Shown here: piece after piece, positions 9,500 through 19,915 of the stretch
How positions within the stretch are numbered: position 1 is the stretch's first letter
Layout: each line of letters begins with the position of its first letter
DNA from: Bdellovibrionota bacterium
Lineage (GTDB): Bacteria; Bdellovibrionota_C; UBA2361; JBGSMV01
NCBI GenBank assembly: GCA_041739995.1
Contig: JBGSMV010000047.1
Span: 96,001-160,000, forward strand
Length of the DNA stretch: 64,000 nt
Reading direction: 5' to 3'
Program-made: the position numbers and the translations under genes
Notes under the pieces: generated by a model
The model's input: only the letters and a program-made list of their open reading frames with translations
What the model was told of the DNA's origin: nothing
Database searches by the model: none

Positions 9500-10864
9500 T
9501 TATGAGGCGGCGCGCTTGAGTGCTGCTACGGGAACATGAATGTTAATATCCACGGGCACAAGACTCCCCGATCGAGTTCCTCCAAAAATACTCATTACCA
9601 TTGCATCCCGCAGCAAGGTGGTCCGACCCACTAGAGATTGCTGCTGATTTGCCGCGCGCTTAGTCCGCTGGCCAATTTCAAAATATTTTAGAAATTCGGC
9701 GGCGTCACCAACGGAATCCCAACGCGTTCGCCACAACACATCAAAACTTCCATTCTTTTGCACTCTCAGTTCGACACGATCACCTCCCCATCCAGCAGCA
9801 GCAGCAACCGCATCTGAACCGGCCGCCCCTAACTCTCGAAGCAACACTCGAATAGCAAACTCTCCTACGACATCGGTAAACACCACGGGGTCATCACGAT
9901 CGTTACTGACCGATGCAGCAGGGTTTTCATAATCGCTCTTGTTCTGCTGATACTTTAAGGGATGAAGCACCTCCTCAGTGCTCATGGGTGGGCGAGAAAA
10001 GACAGAGTTCACGGACGCATAGGTAGAACCCTCAAGTATACTCAACACGAACGGAGCTCCGGCATGATAGGGAAACTGCACGAGCTGCTGAAGCGCCTCA
10101 GGAGTATCAACAGAGAACGGCGCACTAAAATCCCCGGCTAACTCTTTGAGCACCGCCAGGCGTCTTGCAGTCAAGGGTGGCTTCCCTACGGCGCGCTCTT
10201 CAGCGTCTTTGGCGATCAGCGTCGCCTCACCTTCAACCAGAGCCATGCGCGCGAGCACTTCATCATTCGAGAGCGCCTTAAAATCTACAAAGGTCTCAAG
10301 ATTAAAGCGTTGATCTTGTAAGGCGTGAGTAAGCTCGTGGATAGCGATCCCTTTAAGAGATTCAAAACTTGTCCAATCAGCAATGGTAAAGGCGCGTGTG
10401 TCTGGATCGTAGAAACCGCCTAATGATGTCTCATAGACGCGCAACACTGCGGCCTCATAGTCCAAGTTCGCGGGAAACATGCCAAGGGCTTTACAAACGA
10501 TGCCCTCGAACTTCAGTTGGTCAGGGGGGAGCTCGCTTTCGATTCTTCGGCGCACATATTCCCCGATCTGGGTGCGCGACTTTACCTCACAGACAACATC
10601 CTCTGAAAATTGTTCCCCTCGCACTTCCTCAACCATATGTTGAGCAGCAAGCGCCAAGTCACAGCGCATTTGATGGTTGGCATCTAAAATCTCGGGCCCC
10701 TCGCTCTCCGCACCCGCAAGTGGGACTACTGCACACATGGAGAAAATGGCGGAAAGAAGCGCAACCAATGCGACACTGCGATTAATCGCGCGCAGCCGAG
10801 GCTTCAGGATTCTGAATCCAGGAAAAAACGGTTCGCTTATCATCATCATCGGCCTTTTCCACAT
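9500..10864 (-). CDS. Exported HExxH zinc metallopeptidase-like protein
   Basis: Signal-like segment, GFYDP, IHELTHALQDQ, ALVEGEAT, FPYHAG, PMSTEEVLHP, AAAGWGGD; true start probably downstream of 10864 because the ORF overlaps the next gene. Confidence 0.75.
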   Translation of the reverse strand: MWKRPMMMISEPFFPGFRILKPRLRAINRSVALVALLSAIFSMCAVVPLAGAESEGPEILDANHQMRCDLALAAQHMVEEVRGEQFSEDVVCEVKSRTQIGEYVRRRIESELPPDQLKFEGIVCKALGMFPANLDYEAAVLRVYETSLGGFYDPDTRAFTIADWTSFESLKGIAIHELTHALQDQRFNLETFVDFKALSNDEVLARMALVEGEATLIAKDAEERAVGKPPLTARRLAVLKELAGDFSAPFSVDTPEALQQLVQFPYHAGAPFVLSILEGSTYASVNSVFSRPPMSTEEVLHPLKYQQNKSDYENPAASVSNDRDDPVVFTDVVGEFAIRVLLRELGAAGSDAVAAAAGWGGDRVELRVQKNGSFDVLWRTRWDSVGDAAEFLKYFEIGQRTKRAANQQQSLVGRTTLLRDAMVMSIFGGTRSGSLVPVDINIHVPVAALKRAAS

Positions 10865-11993
10865 AGAGCGATCTCATAGCGGAATCAGGCACGACCGCCT
10901 TGTGAATAAAGTAGGTATTTCGTTTTGTAATTCCAGGAAAACACATGGAGGGCTCGATTCGGGTAGAAATTGCTGTGTGAATTGCCTCGACTGGAACATG
11001 GATACTGAGCTCCTCTCCCAAAAGCCGCTTTACGGTTTCGGCAGGGCTCTCCTCCGGACGCATTTTTTCGGCCGGTAGCCCTCCTAGACTTCGTCGGTAC
11101 CGAACTCTACCTTCTGGGGAATCTTGAGTCGGCGCAAACTCTTGATGGTCCTCCAATAAACGCTGCATTCCATCAGGGCTTTCGAGCCACAAGAGCACCA
11201 CGCGGTTTTCAAGGTATACCTGGTCTTGCTCGAAGGTAAGAACTCCCTCTCCGCTCGCAATCTCTTTCACCAGATCGGGGAAGCCCTTCGCTTCGCCACT
11301 ACCCCAGGAGCGCATATCTACTCCTCGGTGTTCAAGCCAACCCTTGAGCGCAATACCAAGATTGCCCCGATCTAGCCCAGAAGCACTCGGTGCGGCATCA
11401 TCAATCGAGAACTTCTCGATTCGCGGAAGAAAACGCTCGCTCTCGAGCAGTCCTGTTCTCGCCAGTGCCTGGAGATGGTGGACGACCCTTCTAAATGTCC
11501 CATTGGAGGAAGCCTCCGGTCCCTGAAGCGCCTCGGCCGCTTCCGCCAATTCCATCACCGCAGCCCCCCTCTTTACATCAGAGGCCGCCATCGGAACCCG
11601 AAACACATCGATGATGTCCAGAGAGGACTCACCGTTCAAGGAAGCATTTACACGCTGCAGCGAAAGAATTTCGGGAGGATTAGTATTGTCCTCATATGCG
11701 CCCTCAACTGGTGGGCGATATAATGTGACCAAATAGTGGCCCCCTTTGGGCCCCCTCACTTCGAACCCCTCCACCGTCCCGTTGTAGACATCAACCGAGG
11801 GGGGGGCGCCGACCCCGCTCGATATATCGGCGAGCGATAACTGAAGAACTTCTGCGTTTCGCTCTGGCGCTTTCAGTGCAACCAGATCGAGCTCGCTCAC
11901 ATTGCTCAAAAATGAAGCAGGATCCTGATGGGAATCAGGAAGGGTGCGGGGGGTGATCGTTTTGGGACGTTCTCTAACTTCTGGGGACGTCAT
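10782..11993 (-). CDS. Hypothetical protein with C-terminal NUDIX-like domain
   Basis: WGSGEAK..DLVKEI..GE and PAEKMRPEESPAETVKRLLGEELSI (degenerate Nudix box), S..FPG. Confidence 0.6.
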   Translation of the reverse strand: MTSPEVRERPKTITPRTLPDSHQDPASFLSNVSELDLVALKAPERNAEVLQLSLADISSGVGAPPSVDVYNGTVEGFEVRGPKGGHYLVTLYRPPVEGAYEDNTNPPEILSLQRVNASLNGESSLDIIDVFRVPMAASDVKRGAAVMELAEAAEALQGPEASSNGTFRRVVHHLQALARTGLLESERFLPRIEKFSIDDAAPSASGLDRGNLGIALKGWLEHRGVDMRSWGSGEAKGFPDLVKEIASGEGVLTFEQDQVYLENRVVLLWLESPDGMQRLLEDHQEFAPTQDSPEGRVRYRRSLGGLPAEKMRPEESPAETVKRLLGEELSIHVPVEAIHTAISTRIEPSMCFPGITKRNTYFIHKAVVPDSAMRSLYVEKADDDDKRTVFSWIQNPEASAARD

Positions 11994-12424
11994 TACTACG
12001 CCTTAAAAGACCCCGTTAAAGGACCCAGCAGAGGTACGTCAGCTCAAAAAAGTGGAAAACGCTAAGTGCTTAAATTTCCGAAGTAAAAAGCCGCATGTCG
12101 CAGCAAGCCTCAGAAAAAACAGCGACATTCTTAAAACAGTAGCAGCAACCTAAACTGACTTTAGCCTGACGGCACCTAGAACAAGCAACCTTCACCACAA
12201 GCTGACTCTCTTACCGAATCTTCAGCAGACATGAACCCCGACTCAACGGAGCTCTGCTCTACCCAATACGGAGCAGTTCAGGCTTGCGATGCAGCAACTC
12301 GCCAAGGCGATTCACTTCCACCGATCAATTCCTAGTTAAATGAATTTCGACTCCTTATCAATAGGTTATCTCAACAAAAACCTCTGTCCCGGCAGTGTCG
12401 TAAAGGGACTATTTCACGAGCGTG

Positions 12425-12567
12425 CTAGTATTCTGAGTTAAGAGTTCGATGAATAATTCTCGCCGAGCTCGCTGCTCTCTTTGTGAGCATATTTAATGAA
12501 TTGTACAATGAGTTCAGCGAGCACAGCGAGAAAAATACTTAAATGAACTTCTGACTCAGCACACTAG
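12425..12567. mobile_element. CTAG-bounded palindromic MITE-like element, family A (copy 2)
   Basis: 143-bp imperfect hairpin from ctagt..ctgagt to actcag..actag with internal pairs ttctcgc/gcgagaa and gctcgctg/cagcgagc. Confidence 0.8.
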
Positions 12568-12609
12568 ATTCGTTCCTATGGCCGAAAATTGTCACTATGA
12601 TTCCCTGCA

Positions 12610-15600
12610 ATGGGAGTTGAGAAAAAAACACTGCGGGTCGAGGGCGCTAGAGAGAACAATCTTAAACAGATAACGCTCTCGGTCCCTCATGATCAGCTGA
12701 CGGTAGTTACCGGCCTCTCCGGATCGGGAAAGTCTTCGCTTGCCTTCGACACCATCTATGCCGAAGGACAGCGGCGCTACATAGAGACGTTCTCTCCTTA
12801 CACGCGCCAGTTTTTCGACAAAGTTAAGAAGCCTGACGTTGACGCAATTCATGGCGTGCGGCCCGCCGTTGCTATCCAACAACGAACGAGGATCACAAGC
12901 TCCCGTTCGACTGTCGGGTCAATGACTGACATCAATGACTACCTAAAAGTACTATGGGCCAATCTCGCCACTCCAGTATGCAGCTCCTGCGGCATAGAAC
13001 TACGCCGATACCGCCCAAGAGAACTGGCCACACTACTGACAGAATGGTTGCACATACGCCCTCACTCAACCTTCTTGATTTGTGGTGCGATTTCCTTGAG
13101 CCCCGCAGAAAGCAGAGTTTCTCCACCAAGGAAAACTGGTGCTTCAAAGAAAGCTAAAAAGACTTCGGCGCCTAAGCGCCTTGGGACGGACATCTCCCCC
13201 CTTCAGGTCTGTACTGAACTTTCGGCACTCGGATTTTCGCGAGTCTTTGACCCTAGATCTGCGAACACTCTTCAGCTCGACGAAATCTCGGAGATGCCCG
13301 TCAATGAAGCGCAACGAGCACTTCTGGTGCTCGACCGAGTACGAGCAGGAAGCGCGAAGAGCCCTGCCCTCACCAAGCGTCTCACTGAATCGATTGACCA
13401 GTCTTACTCCCTCGCAACTCATAAACTCCCTAGTGGCGCGCGTGGCCTCGAACTCTGTTGCATTGTTGAAATTAACGATGAACCCCTCACCCACCGCCCA
13501 TTTCTCACAGTATTAAATGGCCCTAAGCAGGAGAACCAGAAGCCGGCTCCCTTCCGCTTACACGAGTTTGCCCCTGTGTTCCGTTGCGAGAGAGGATCTT
13601 TTCAAATCGCACCATCTCGCCCCAGCCTCTTTTCGTTCAATAATCCAGTAGGTGCCTGCCCTGACTGCAAGGGCTTTGGAAAGGCGCTCACCGTCGATCG
13701 CTCCTTGTGCGTTCCAAATCCCAACCTCTCACTGAAAGAAAAGGCAATTCAATGTTGGGCGGGACCAGGTGCCCGCATCGAACTCAAAGAACTGCTTAAA
13801 TTCTGCCAAGTGGAAAACATTCCAGTCGATGTTCCATGGAAACTTCTAAGTGACTTAGACAAAGAGAAGATCTTCACCACGAAGAACAAAGACTTTTGGG
13901 GTATTCTGCCCTGGTTCAAATGGGTTGAGCGCAAAACCTACAAGATGCACGTGCGGGTTTTTCTCTCGAAGTACCGCACGCAGGTGCCCTGCCTGACTTG
14001 CGAAGGTACTCGCTTAAAGCCAGAAGCACTTGCCTATAAGCTCAAAGGGAAGAATATTCATGAGATCTGGAATCTTCCCATCGCGCAGGTAGTTAAATTC
14101 GTTCGCAGCCTGCAAGAGGATTCAGCAAGCCTTTCCAATGTTCCTCGTGCGTTAAAAGATCTTTTTGAAGCGCTACTCGCACGACTAAGTTTCTTGGATG
14201 ACCTTGGACTGTCGTACCTTACTCTAGAAAGACAAGCACGCACGCTCTCTGGCGGAGAAACTCAAAGAGTTAATCTGGCTACTGCTCTAGGTAGCGAGCT
14301 GGTCTCAACCCAATTTGTGCTTGATGAACCGTCTGTGGGACTCCATGCCAGAGACAGCGCTCGACTGATTCGTGCAGTTCGCTCACTGGCCGATCGCGGC
14401 AATAGCGTCCTAGTGGTTGAACACGACTTAGAGTTCATTCGCTCTGCTGATCACATCATCGAACTCGGCCCAAGAGCTGGCGCAGAGGGCGGCAGTGTCG
14501 TCTTTGCCGGAGAGCTGCAGGATTGGAGCGGCATCAAAGTCTCGCTTCCTCACATGGCAAGCCCTGATGCCTTTCGATCTCAACCACGAACAAACTTGAG
14601 CTTTAAGAATGCTACCGCACGAAACCTAAAAGGCCTCTCGGGTGAGATACCTCTACAGTCCTTTGTCTGTCTGACTGGCGTCTCCGGAAGTGGAAAAAGC
14701 TCCTTGGTAAGTGAGGTAATCGTCAAATCATACGAGCGACACAAGCTCGGGATTGTTGAGGAGTCCAATCCGGGTGACTGCCAGGGCTTTGAACACCTCG
14801 ATCAAGTGCTCGTCATTGATCAAGCGCCGCTTGCGAAAAGCCCGCGCGCTAACATCGCCACCTATTCCGGAATCTGGGACTCGGTGCGCGATCTTCTCGC
14901 CGCAACCGATAGCGCTAAATCTTTCGCCTTAAGCAAGTCCTCTTTCTCTTTTAACGTCGACGCGGGTCGTTGTCCTGAATGCAGTGGCGTCGGATTTATT
15001 CGAGAGGACATGCAGTTCCTCAGTGACGTGTACGTGCCCTGTGAACTCTGTCTTGGTAAGCGCTTTCAGCAAACAGTTCTTGATGTGCAATACAGTGGCA
15101 AGAATGTGAGCGAGATCTTGGGTCTCAGCATAGAGCAGTGTAAATCTTTCTTTTCTTCCGGCTCCACTATTGTTTCGGCCGCATCTATACTTTGCGATCT
15201 CGGACTCGGACATTTGACCTTAGGGCATCCTTTAAGTGAGCTATCAGGAGGCGAAGCGCAACGATTAAAGCTCGTACCCGTTATCGAAGCCTCTCGACGC
15301 GCCCATCTTCCAAGCTCAAAGGGCACACTTCTGATCTTTGATGAACCAACCACTGGACTCCATCAGCACGACGTTGAACGTCTGATTTCTGTTTTCTCGC
15401 TGCTACGCTCACAGGGTCACTCGATTCTGTGCATTGAGCATAATCTCAGTCTAATTGCCTCAGCTGATTGGCTTATCGATCTGGGCCCAGAAGGTGGGGA
15501 GCTTGGGGGCCAGATCGTAGCCACTGGTACTCCTGCAGAATTTCTCTCCGATCCGATTCTTTCACGCTCTTACACGGCTCAGTATCTCAAGTCATTTTTG

Positions 15601-18384
15601 AACGATTGGGGTATCAAGGGTACCAGTTCTGATGCGCCACATCATCGCCATTCAACGGCCAAGGAAAAAGGTGGGGCTATCAATGGCGGTCAAAAATCCT
15701 TGCCGCCGACTCGTCCGGAGGACCGCGATCACCTTCGCATCCGCGGCGCGACAGAGCACAACCTCAAGAATATCTCCATTGACATTCCTTTGCGTCGTTT
15801 TGTGGCGCTGACTGGCGTAAGTGGATCAGGAAAAAGCACCCTCGCAAAAGATATCATTTATGCGGAAGGACAACGCCGCTACCTGGATTGCCTCTCTCCC
15901 TATGCCCGCCAGTTCATCAAAGAACTTAAAAAACCGGACATAGAAGACATTAAAAATGTCATGCCCACCATCTGTGTGTATCAACATACTTTTCAGCCTT
16001 CGCGGCTTTCTACCGTGGGGACGATGTCAGAGATCTACAACTTTCTTCGCCTGCTGTACGCAAAAACTGGGGTGCAGCACTGTCCCGACCATCCCGACAA
16101 GAGGATCTCGCCACTCTCACCGGAAGACATTGCACGTACCATTCGCGCGATGAAAGAGAAATCAGTACGCGTTCTCGCGCCCATCATCAAGATGAAGAAG
16201 GGCAATCACCGCGCAGTCTTGGAACGAGCAACTTCGTCTGAGCTCACCCAAATTCGAATTGATGGTGTCTTCCTCTCGCCTGGGACCGTGCAAATGTCAG
16301 GAGGTCTTGAGAAAAACAAGCCACACTCAATTGATTTTGTCCTTGGCAAGTTTAATCCGGCACAGGTTGAAGACGGAATCATGACTGAAATGGTCGCTCA
16401 AGCGCTCAGTCTTGGTGGCGGAAATTTGATTGTCGTCAAAGACAAGGACGAGGTTATTTTTAGCACCGAACGCACCTGCCCTGAGTGCAAGCGTGGTTTC
16501 TTTAAACCAGACCCTGAAGACCTCTCGTTTAATTCCAAGCGCGGCCGCTGTCCGTCTTGCGATGGTTCGGGGAAGCATAGTGGTAAGGGTGGCACACTCA
16601 CCAACTTACCCTGCAAAGAGTGCGGCGGGGCACGCCTAGGACCACTCGGACGCAACCTTCGACTCGATGGACGAGCCATCCATGAGGCAAGCGCTTTAAC
16701 TCCCCAAGAACTTACTGCGTTCATTCAGACAATTCCGTTTGGTGAGGGACATGCGCGCATTGCGGAACCTGTGCTTCGTGAGCTGCTTGAAAAGGCCGAA
16801 ACACTGGTCACTATCGGGCTCGATTATTTGAGCCTGTCTCGGGACTGCAATTCACTGTCCAGCGGTGAATTGCAGCGCCTGAGGCTTGCCACCGCAATGG
16901 GCTCTCCTTTGAGCGGCGCCATGTACATTTTTGACGAACCAAGCGCCGGCCTTCATCCACTGGACAACAGAAGAGTGCTTGGGTGCCTAGAACGACTGCT
17001 CGACCGCGACAATTCGATTCTAATGATTGAACACGACAGCGACAGCATTCGAAGCGCTGAGTACATCATCGATGTGGGGCCAGGCGGTGGTAGAGAAGGT
17101 GGAAATATTGTGTTTGAAGGGGCGCTGCCTGAGTTTCTAAAGCATGCTGACTCAATTACCGCGCAGTGTTTAAGAGAGGAGAGCGGTTTAGGGGAAGAGA
17201 ACTCCTCAATCTTCAATCCGGACTGTCCCTCAAGTTCGGCCCCCAGGACGGAAACCCATGCCCTAGCCGTGCCTCAAGCAATAAAACCTATAATCACCAA
17301 GAAAAATTCCAAGAAGCTCCCCCCTCAAGTTCTCACTCCCGCTGTCGCTCCGAATCTTTCAATACGCAACGCGTCAATGCACAACATCAAGGGACTTTCT
17401 CTCGTCCTACCCCTGGGCAAACTAGTGGCTATCGCTGGGGTTTCAGGGGCCGGTAAAAGTTCCTTTCTACACGGCATTGTCTCCAGTGTTTTACGAAGCT
17501 CGGTAAAGTCAAAAACCCACTGGGGTACTGACTATGCCTCGCTTGAGAGCAACGTAGAAATTGAACGGGTGCTCGAAGTCGATCAGAAACCGATTGGAAT
17601 CAACTCACGATCTACTCCAGCCTCCTACCTCAAAGTGTTCGATGACGTGCGAATACTTTTCTCTAGCACCAACGAAGCTAAGGCGCGCGGCTGGACTCCT
17701 GGTTTCTTCTCCTACAACTCAGGCAAAGGGCGTTGCCTTGCGTGTAAGGGACTTGGAGTTATTAAACTTGAGATGAGTTTTTTGCCTGATGCGCGAGTGG
17801 AATGCGAATCATGCCGCGGCGATCGGTACGCAGACGAAGCTCTCTCGGTGAAATATCTTGGACTTTCCATCGCGGATGTTCTCAAACTTACTTTCTCGGA
17901 AGCAAAGAGCGTTTTCGCAAATCACCGCCGCATTCATCACAAGCTGCACTTGGCTTGTGAACTTGGACTGGGTTACCTGACACTAGGGCAAAGCTCAGCG
18001 TCTCTTTCGGGCGGAGAAAGCCAAAGATTAAAGCTAGTGGCTGAGCTGGCAACGCCTCGGCGTGGTCACACTATATATATGCTCGACGAGCCAACCACAG
18101 GGCTTCACAAGGCGGATGTTCAAAAGCTATTGCACACACTCGGAGACCTCGTGAGACTTGGCAACAGCGTGCTGGTGATTGAGCATGACCGCGACGTAAT
18201 TCTTAAAGCTGATCATGTGATTGAGTTTGGTCCTGGGCCCGGAGAGCGGGGTGGCACAGTAGTGTTCCAAGGGGATTCTAAGCACCTCCTCAACGCAACA
18301 ACGAACTGGGGAGAAGTTCTGAAAGAATCGGCGCTTAAAGCATTTTCCGCACCAATCGAAAACATTGGCATGTCAGCTCACTAG
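12610..18384 (+). CDS. uvrA: Excinuclease ABC subunit A, double-length (two fused UvrA units)
   Basis: Four Walker A motifs (GLSGSGKSS, GVSGSGKSS, GVSGSGKST, GVSGAGKSS), four LS(G/S)GE signatures, two IYAEGQRRY motifs, several CxxC zinc fingers. Confidence 0.95.
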   Translation: MGVEKKTLRVEGARENNLKQITLSVPHDQLTVVTGLSGSGKSSLAFDTIYAEGQRRYIETFSPYTRQFFDKVKKPDVDAIHGVRPAVAIQQRTRITSSRSTVGSMTDINDYLKVLWANLATPVCSSCGIELRRYRPRELATLLTEWLHIRPHSTFLICGAISLSPAESRVSPPRKTGASKKAKKTSAPKRLGTDISPLQVCTELSALGFSRVFDPRSANTLQLDEISEMPVNEAQRALLVLDRVRAGSAKSPALTKRLTESIDQSYSLATHKLPSGARGLELCCIVEINDEPLTHRPFLTVLNGPKQENQKPAPFRLHEFAPVFRCERGSFQIAPSRPSLFSFNNPVGACPDCKGFGKALTVDRSLCVPNPNLSLKEKAIQCWAGPGARIELKELLKFCQVENIPVDVPWKLLSDLDKEKIFTTKNKDFWGILPWFKWVERKTYKMHVRVFLSKYRTQVPCLTCEGTRLKPEALAYKLKGKNIHEIWNLPIAQVVKFVRSLQEDSASLSNVPRALKDLFEALLARLSFLDDLGLSYLTLERQARTLSGGETQRVNLATALGSELVSTQFVLDEPSVGLHARDSARLIRAVRSLADRGNSVLVVEHDLEFIRSADHIIELGPRAGAEGGSVVFAGELQDWSGIKVSLPHMASPDAFRSQPRTNLSFKNATARNLKGLSGEIPLQSFVCLTGVSGSGKSSLVSEVIVKSYERHKLGIVEESNPGDCQGFEHLDQVLVIDQAPLAKSPRANIATYSGIWDSVRDLLAATDSAKSFALSKSSFSFNVDAGRCPECSGVGFIREDMQFLSDVYVPCELCLGKRFQQTVLDVQYSGKNVSEILGLSIEQCKSFFSSGSTIVSAASILCDLGLGHLTLGHPLSELSGGEAQRLKLVPVIEASRRAHLPSSKGTLLIFDEPTTGLHQHDVERLISVFSLLRSQGHSILCIEHNLSLIASADWLIDLGPEGGELGGQIVATGTPAEFLSDPILSRSYTAQYLKSFLNDWGIKGTSSDAPHHRHSTAKEKGGAINGGQKSLPPTRPEDRDHLRIRGATEHNLKNISIDIPLRRFVALTGVSGSGKSTLAKDIIYAEGQRRYLDCLSPYARQFIKELKKPDIEDIKNVMPTICVYQHTFQPSRLSTVGTMSEIYNFLRLLYAKTGVQHCPDHPDKRISPLSPEDIARTIRAMKEKSVRVLAPIIKMKKGNHRAVLERATSSELTQIRIDGVFLSPGTVQMSGGLEKNKPHSIDFVLGKFNPAQVEDGIMTEMVAQALSLGGGNLIVVKDKDEVIFSTERTCPECKRGFFKPDPEDLSFNSKRGRCPSCDGSGKHSGKGGTLTNLPCKECGGARLGPLGRNLRLDGRAIHEASALTPQELTAFIQTIPFGEGHARIAEPVLRELLEKAETLVTIGLDYLSLSRDCNSLSSGELQRLRLATAMGSPLSGAMYIFDEPSAGLHPLDNRRVLGCLERLLDRDNSILMIEHDSDSIRSAEYIIDVGPGGGREGGNIVFEGALPEFLKHADSITAQCLREESGLGEENSSIFNPDCPSSSAPRTETHALAVPQAIKPIITKKNSKKLPPQVLTPAVAPNLSIRNASMHNIKGLSLVLPLGKLVAIAGVSGAGKSSFLHGIVSSVLRSSVKSKTHWGTDYASLESNVEIERVLEVDQKPIGINSRSTPASYLKVFDDVRILFSSTNEAKARGWTPGFFSYNSGKGRCLACKGLGVIKLEMSFLPDARVECESCRGDRYADEALSVKYLGLSIADVLKLTFSEAKSVFANHRRIHHKLHLACELGLGYLTLGQSSASLSGGESQRLKLVAELATPRRGHTIYMLDEPTTGLHKADVQKLLHTLGDLVRLGNSVLVIEHDRDVILKADHVIEFGPGPGERGGTVVFQGDSKHLLNATTNWGEVLKESALKAFSAPIENIGMSAH

Positions 18385-18812
18385 TGTGGTGAGTCAATGA
18401 ATTCTTGCAGAAGTAAAGCTCACCACACTAGCCGGCCATGGATGGCCGGACAGCCAGCGCAGCAGGCTGGAGCGACGCGGAGCTGGGGTTCACGGGGCCC
18501 CCAGCGGAGCTTGGAGCGAGTTTGACGAAGGACAGGAGTCCGGAGTCAAATCAACTATGCCTAGTGGCCCGAGCCACCAGGTTTTCTATTGTGCAATTCA
18601 CTTCTGACTCGGGACACTAGTGTGGTGAGTCAATGAATTCTTGCAGAAGTAAAGCTCACCACACTAGCCGGCCATGAATGGCCGGCTAGCCAGCGCAGCA
18701 TGCTGGCGCGACGCGGAGCTGGGATTCATGGGGCCCTCGAGCGGAGCTTGGAGCGAGTTTGACGAAGGACAGGAGTCCGGAGTCAAATCAACTATGCCTA
18801 GTGGCCCGAGCC
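18381..18812. repeat. Tandem duplication (~236-bp period) of CTAG-delimited hairpin modules
   Basis: 18381 onward is repeated from 18617; each unit starts with an identical 51-bp hairpin ctagtgtggtgag...ctcaccacactag. Confidence 0.9.
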
Positions 18813-18964
18813 GCTCAAGTGTGCCTGTGCTGCTATTAAATTCGATCAGGCTTCCTCTTCCGCCAAGGCTACCGAGGACAAGTCGGCGGGACGTCGTCGT
18901 CTGTGCCTCTCGTCTGTGCCTCTCTTCTGTGCTTCTCGTCTGTGCTTCTGTCACAGACTCCTAG
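18813..18964 (-). mobile_element. CTAG-ended MITE-like element, family C, with internal 13-bp repeat x4
   Basis: Reverse complement starts ctaggagtctgtgac and shares aggcacagacgacgacgtccc and gcagcacagg with the 31772 and 59197 copies. Confidence 0.8.
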
Positions 18965-19872
18965 AATAAATTATCAATCGACAGGTAACGCTCCCCGGTA
19001 TCATAACAGAAAGTGAGGACTGTACTTCCTGGTGGAATTTCCTTGGCCTTCTGTGCAACTGCCGCAAGCGAAGCGCCTGAGGAAATGCCTACGAAAATTC
19101 CTTCCTGCAGTGCCACCTTTTTTGCAAACTCGAACGCAGCTTCAGGCTCAACCTGAATTACCCCATCGAGCACATTCTGGTTCAGATTCTTCGGGATGAA
19201 TCCTGCTCCAATCCCTTGAATCGAATGCGGACCCGGTTGTCCACCGCTAATGACAGGGGACTTAGTGGGTTCAACCGCATAGACTTTTAGTTCTGGAAAC
19301 TTTTCCTTAAGAACCTCAGCACAACCTGAAATATGCCCTCCCGTTCCTACTCCTGTGATGATCACGTCGAGCCCATCAGGAAAATCGTTGGCAATTTCTT
19401 GCGCGGTCGTTCGACGATGAACTTCAAGGTTAGCCGGGTTCTCGAACTGCTGTGGCATCCATGATCCCGGTGTTTCCGCAACAAGCTGCTGCGCTCTTTC
19501 AATCGCACCCTTCATGCCTTTCTCTTTCGGTGTGAGGTCTAGCTTTGCACCCAACGCAAGCATATAGCGACGTCGCTCCAAGGACATTGATTCTGGCATT
19601 ACGAGCACAATTTTATACCCCTTCACCGCAGCCACCATCGCCAAACCGATGCCTGTGTTTCCAGAAGTTGGCTCAATAATGGTCGCCCCCTTAGAAAGCA
19701 CACCTCGTTTTTCGGCGTCTTCAACCATGGAGAGCGCGATTCGATCTTTAATACTTCCGCCGGGATTCGCTCGTTCAAGCTTCATCCATACCTGCAAATC
19801 AGGACCAAACAAGCGTTGCAGTCTGACGTGTGGGGTGTTGCCGATAGTTTCAAGGATGCTTAACGCTTTCAT
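18961..19872 (-). CDS. cysK: Cysteine synthase A
   Basis: [11 protein letters not shown] (PLP lysine), [44 protein letters not shown]. Confidence 0.97.
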   Translation of the reverse strand: MKALSILETIGNTPHVRLQRLFGPDLQVWMKLERANPGGSIKDRIALSMVEDAEKRGVLSKGATIIEPTSGNTGIGLAMVAAVKGYKIVLVMPESMSLERRRYMLALGAKLDLTPKEKGMKGAIERAQQLVAETPGSWMPQQFENPANLEVHRRTTAQEIANDFPDGLDVIITGVGTGGHISGCAEVLKEKFPELKVYAVEPTKSPVISGGQPGPHSIQGIGAGFIPKNLNQNVLDGVIQVEPEAAFEFAKKVALQEGIFVGISSGASLAAVAQKAKEIPPGSTVLTFCYDTGERYLSIDNLF

Positions 19873-19915
19873 GGCCGTTGTTTCTCCGCATAAATTATAA
19901 TGGCACTACCTACAC

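Noticed and set aside
18381..18964. CRISPR array (identical 51-bp palindromic repeats)
   Set aside because: Only two repeats; the intervening ~185-bp segments are near-duplicates rather than unique spacers; no cas genes
18438..18964. ORFs 18438-18620, 18664-18954 and 18674-18964 as genes
   Set aside because: They lie wholly within repeat modules; similar peptides at 31716-32000 and 59286-59489 reflect the shared DNA repeat
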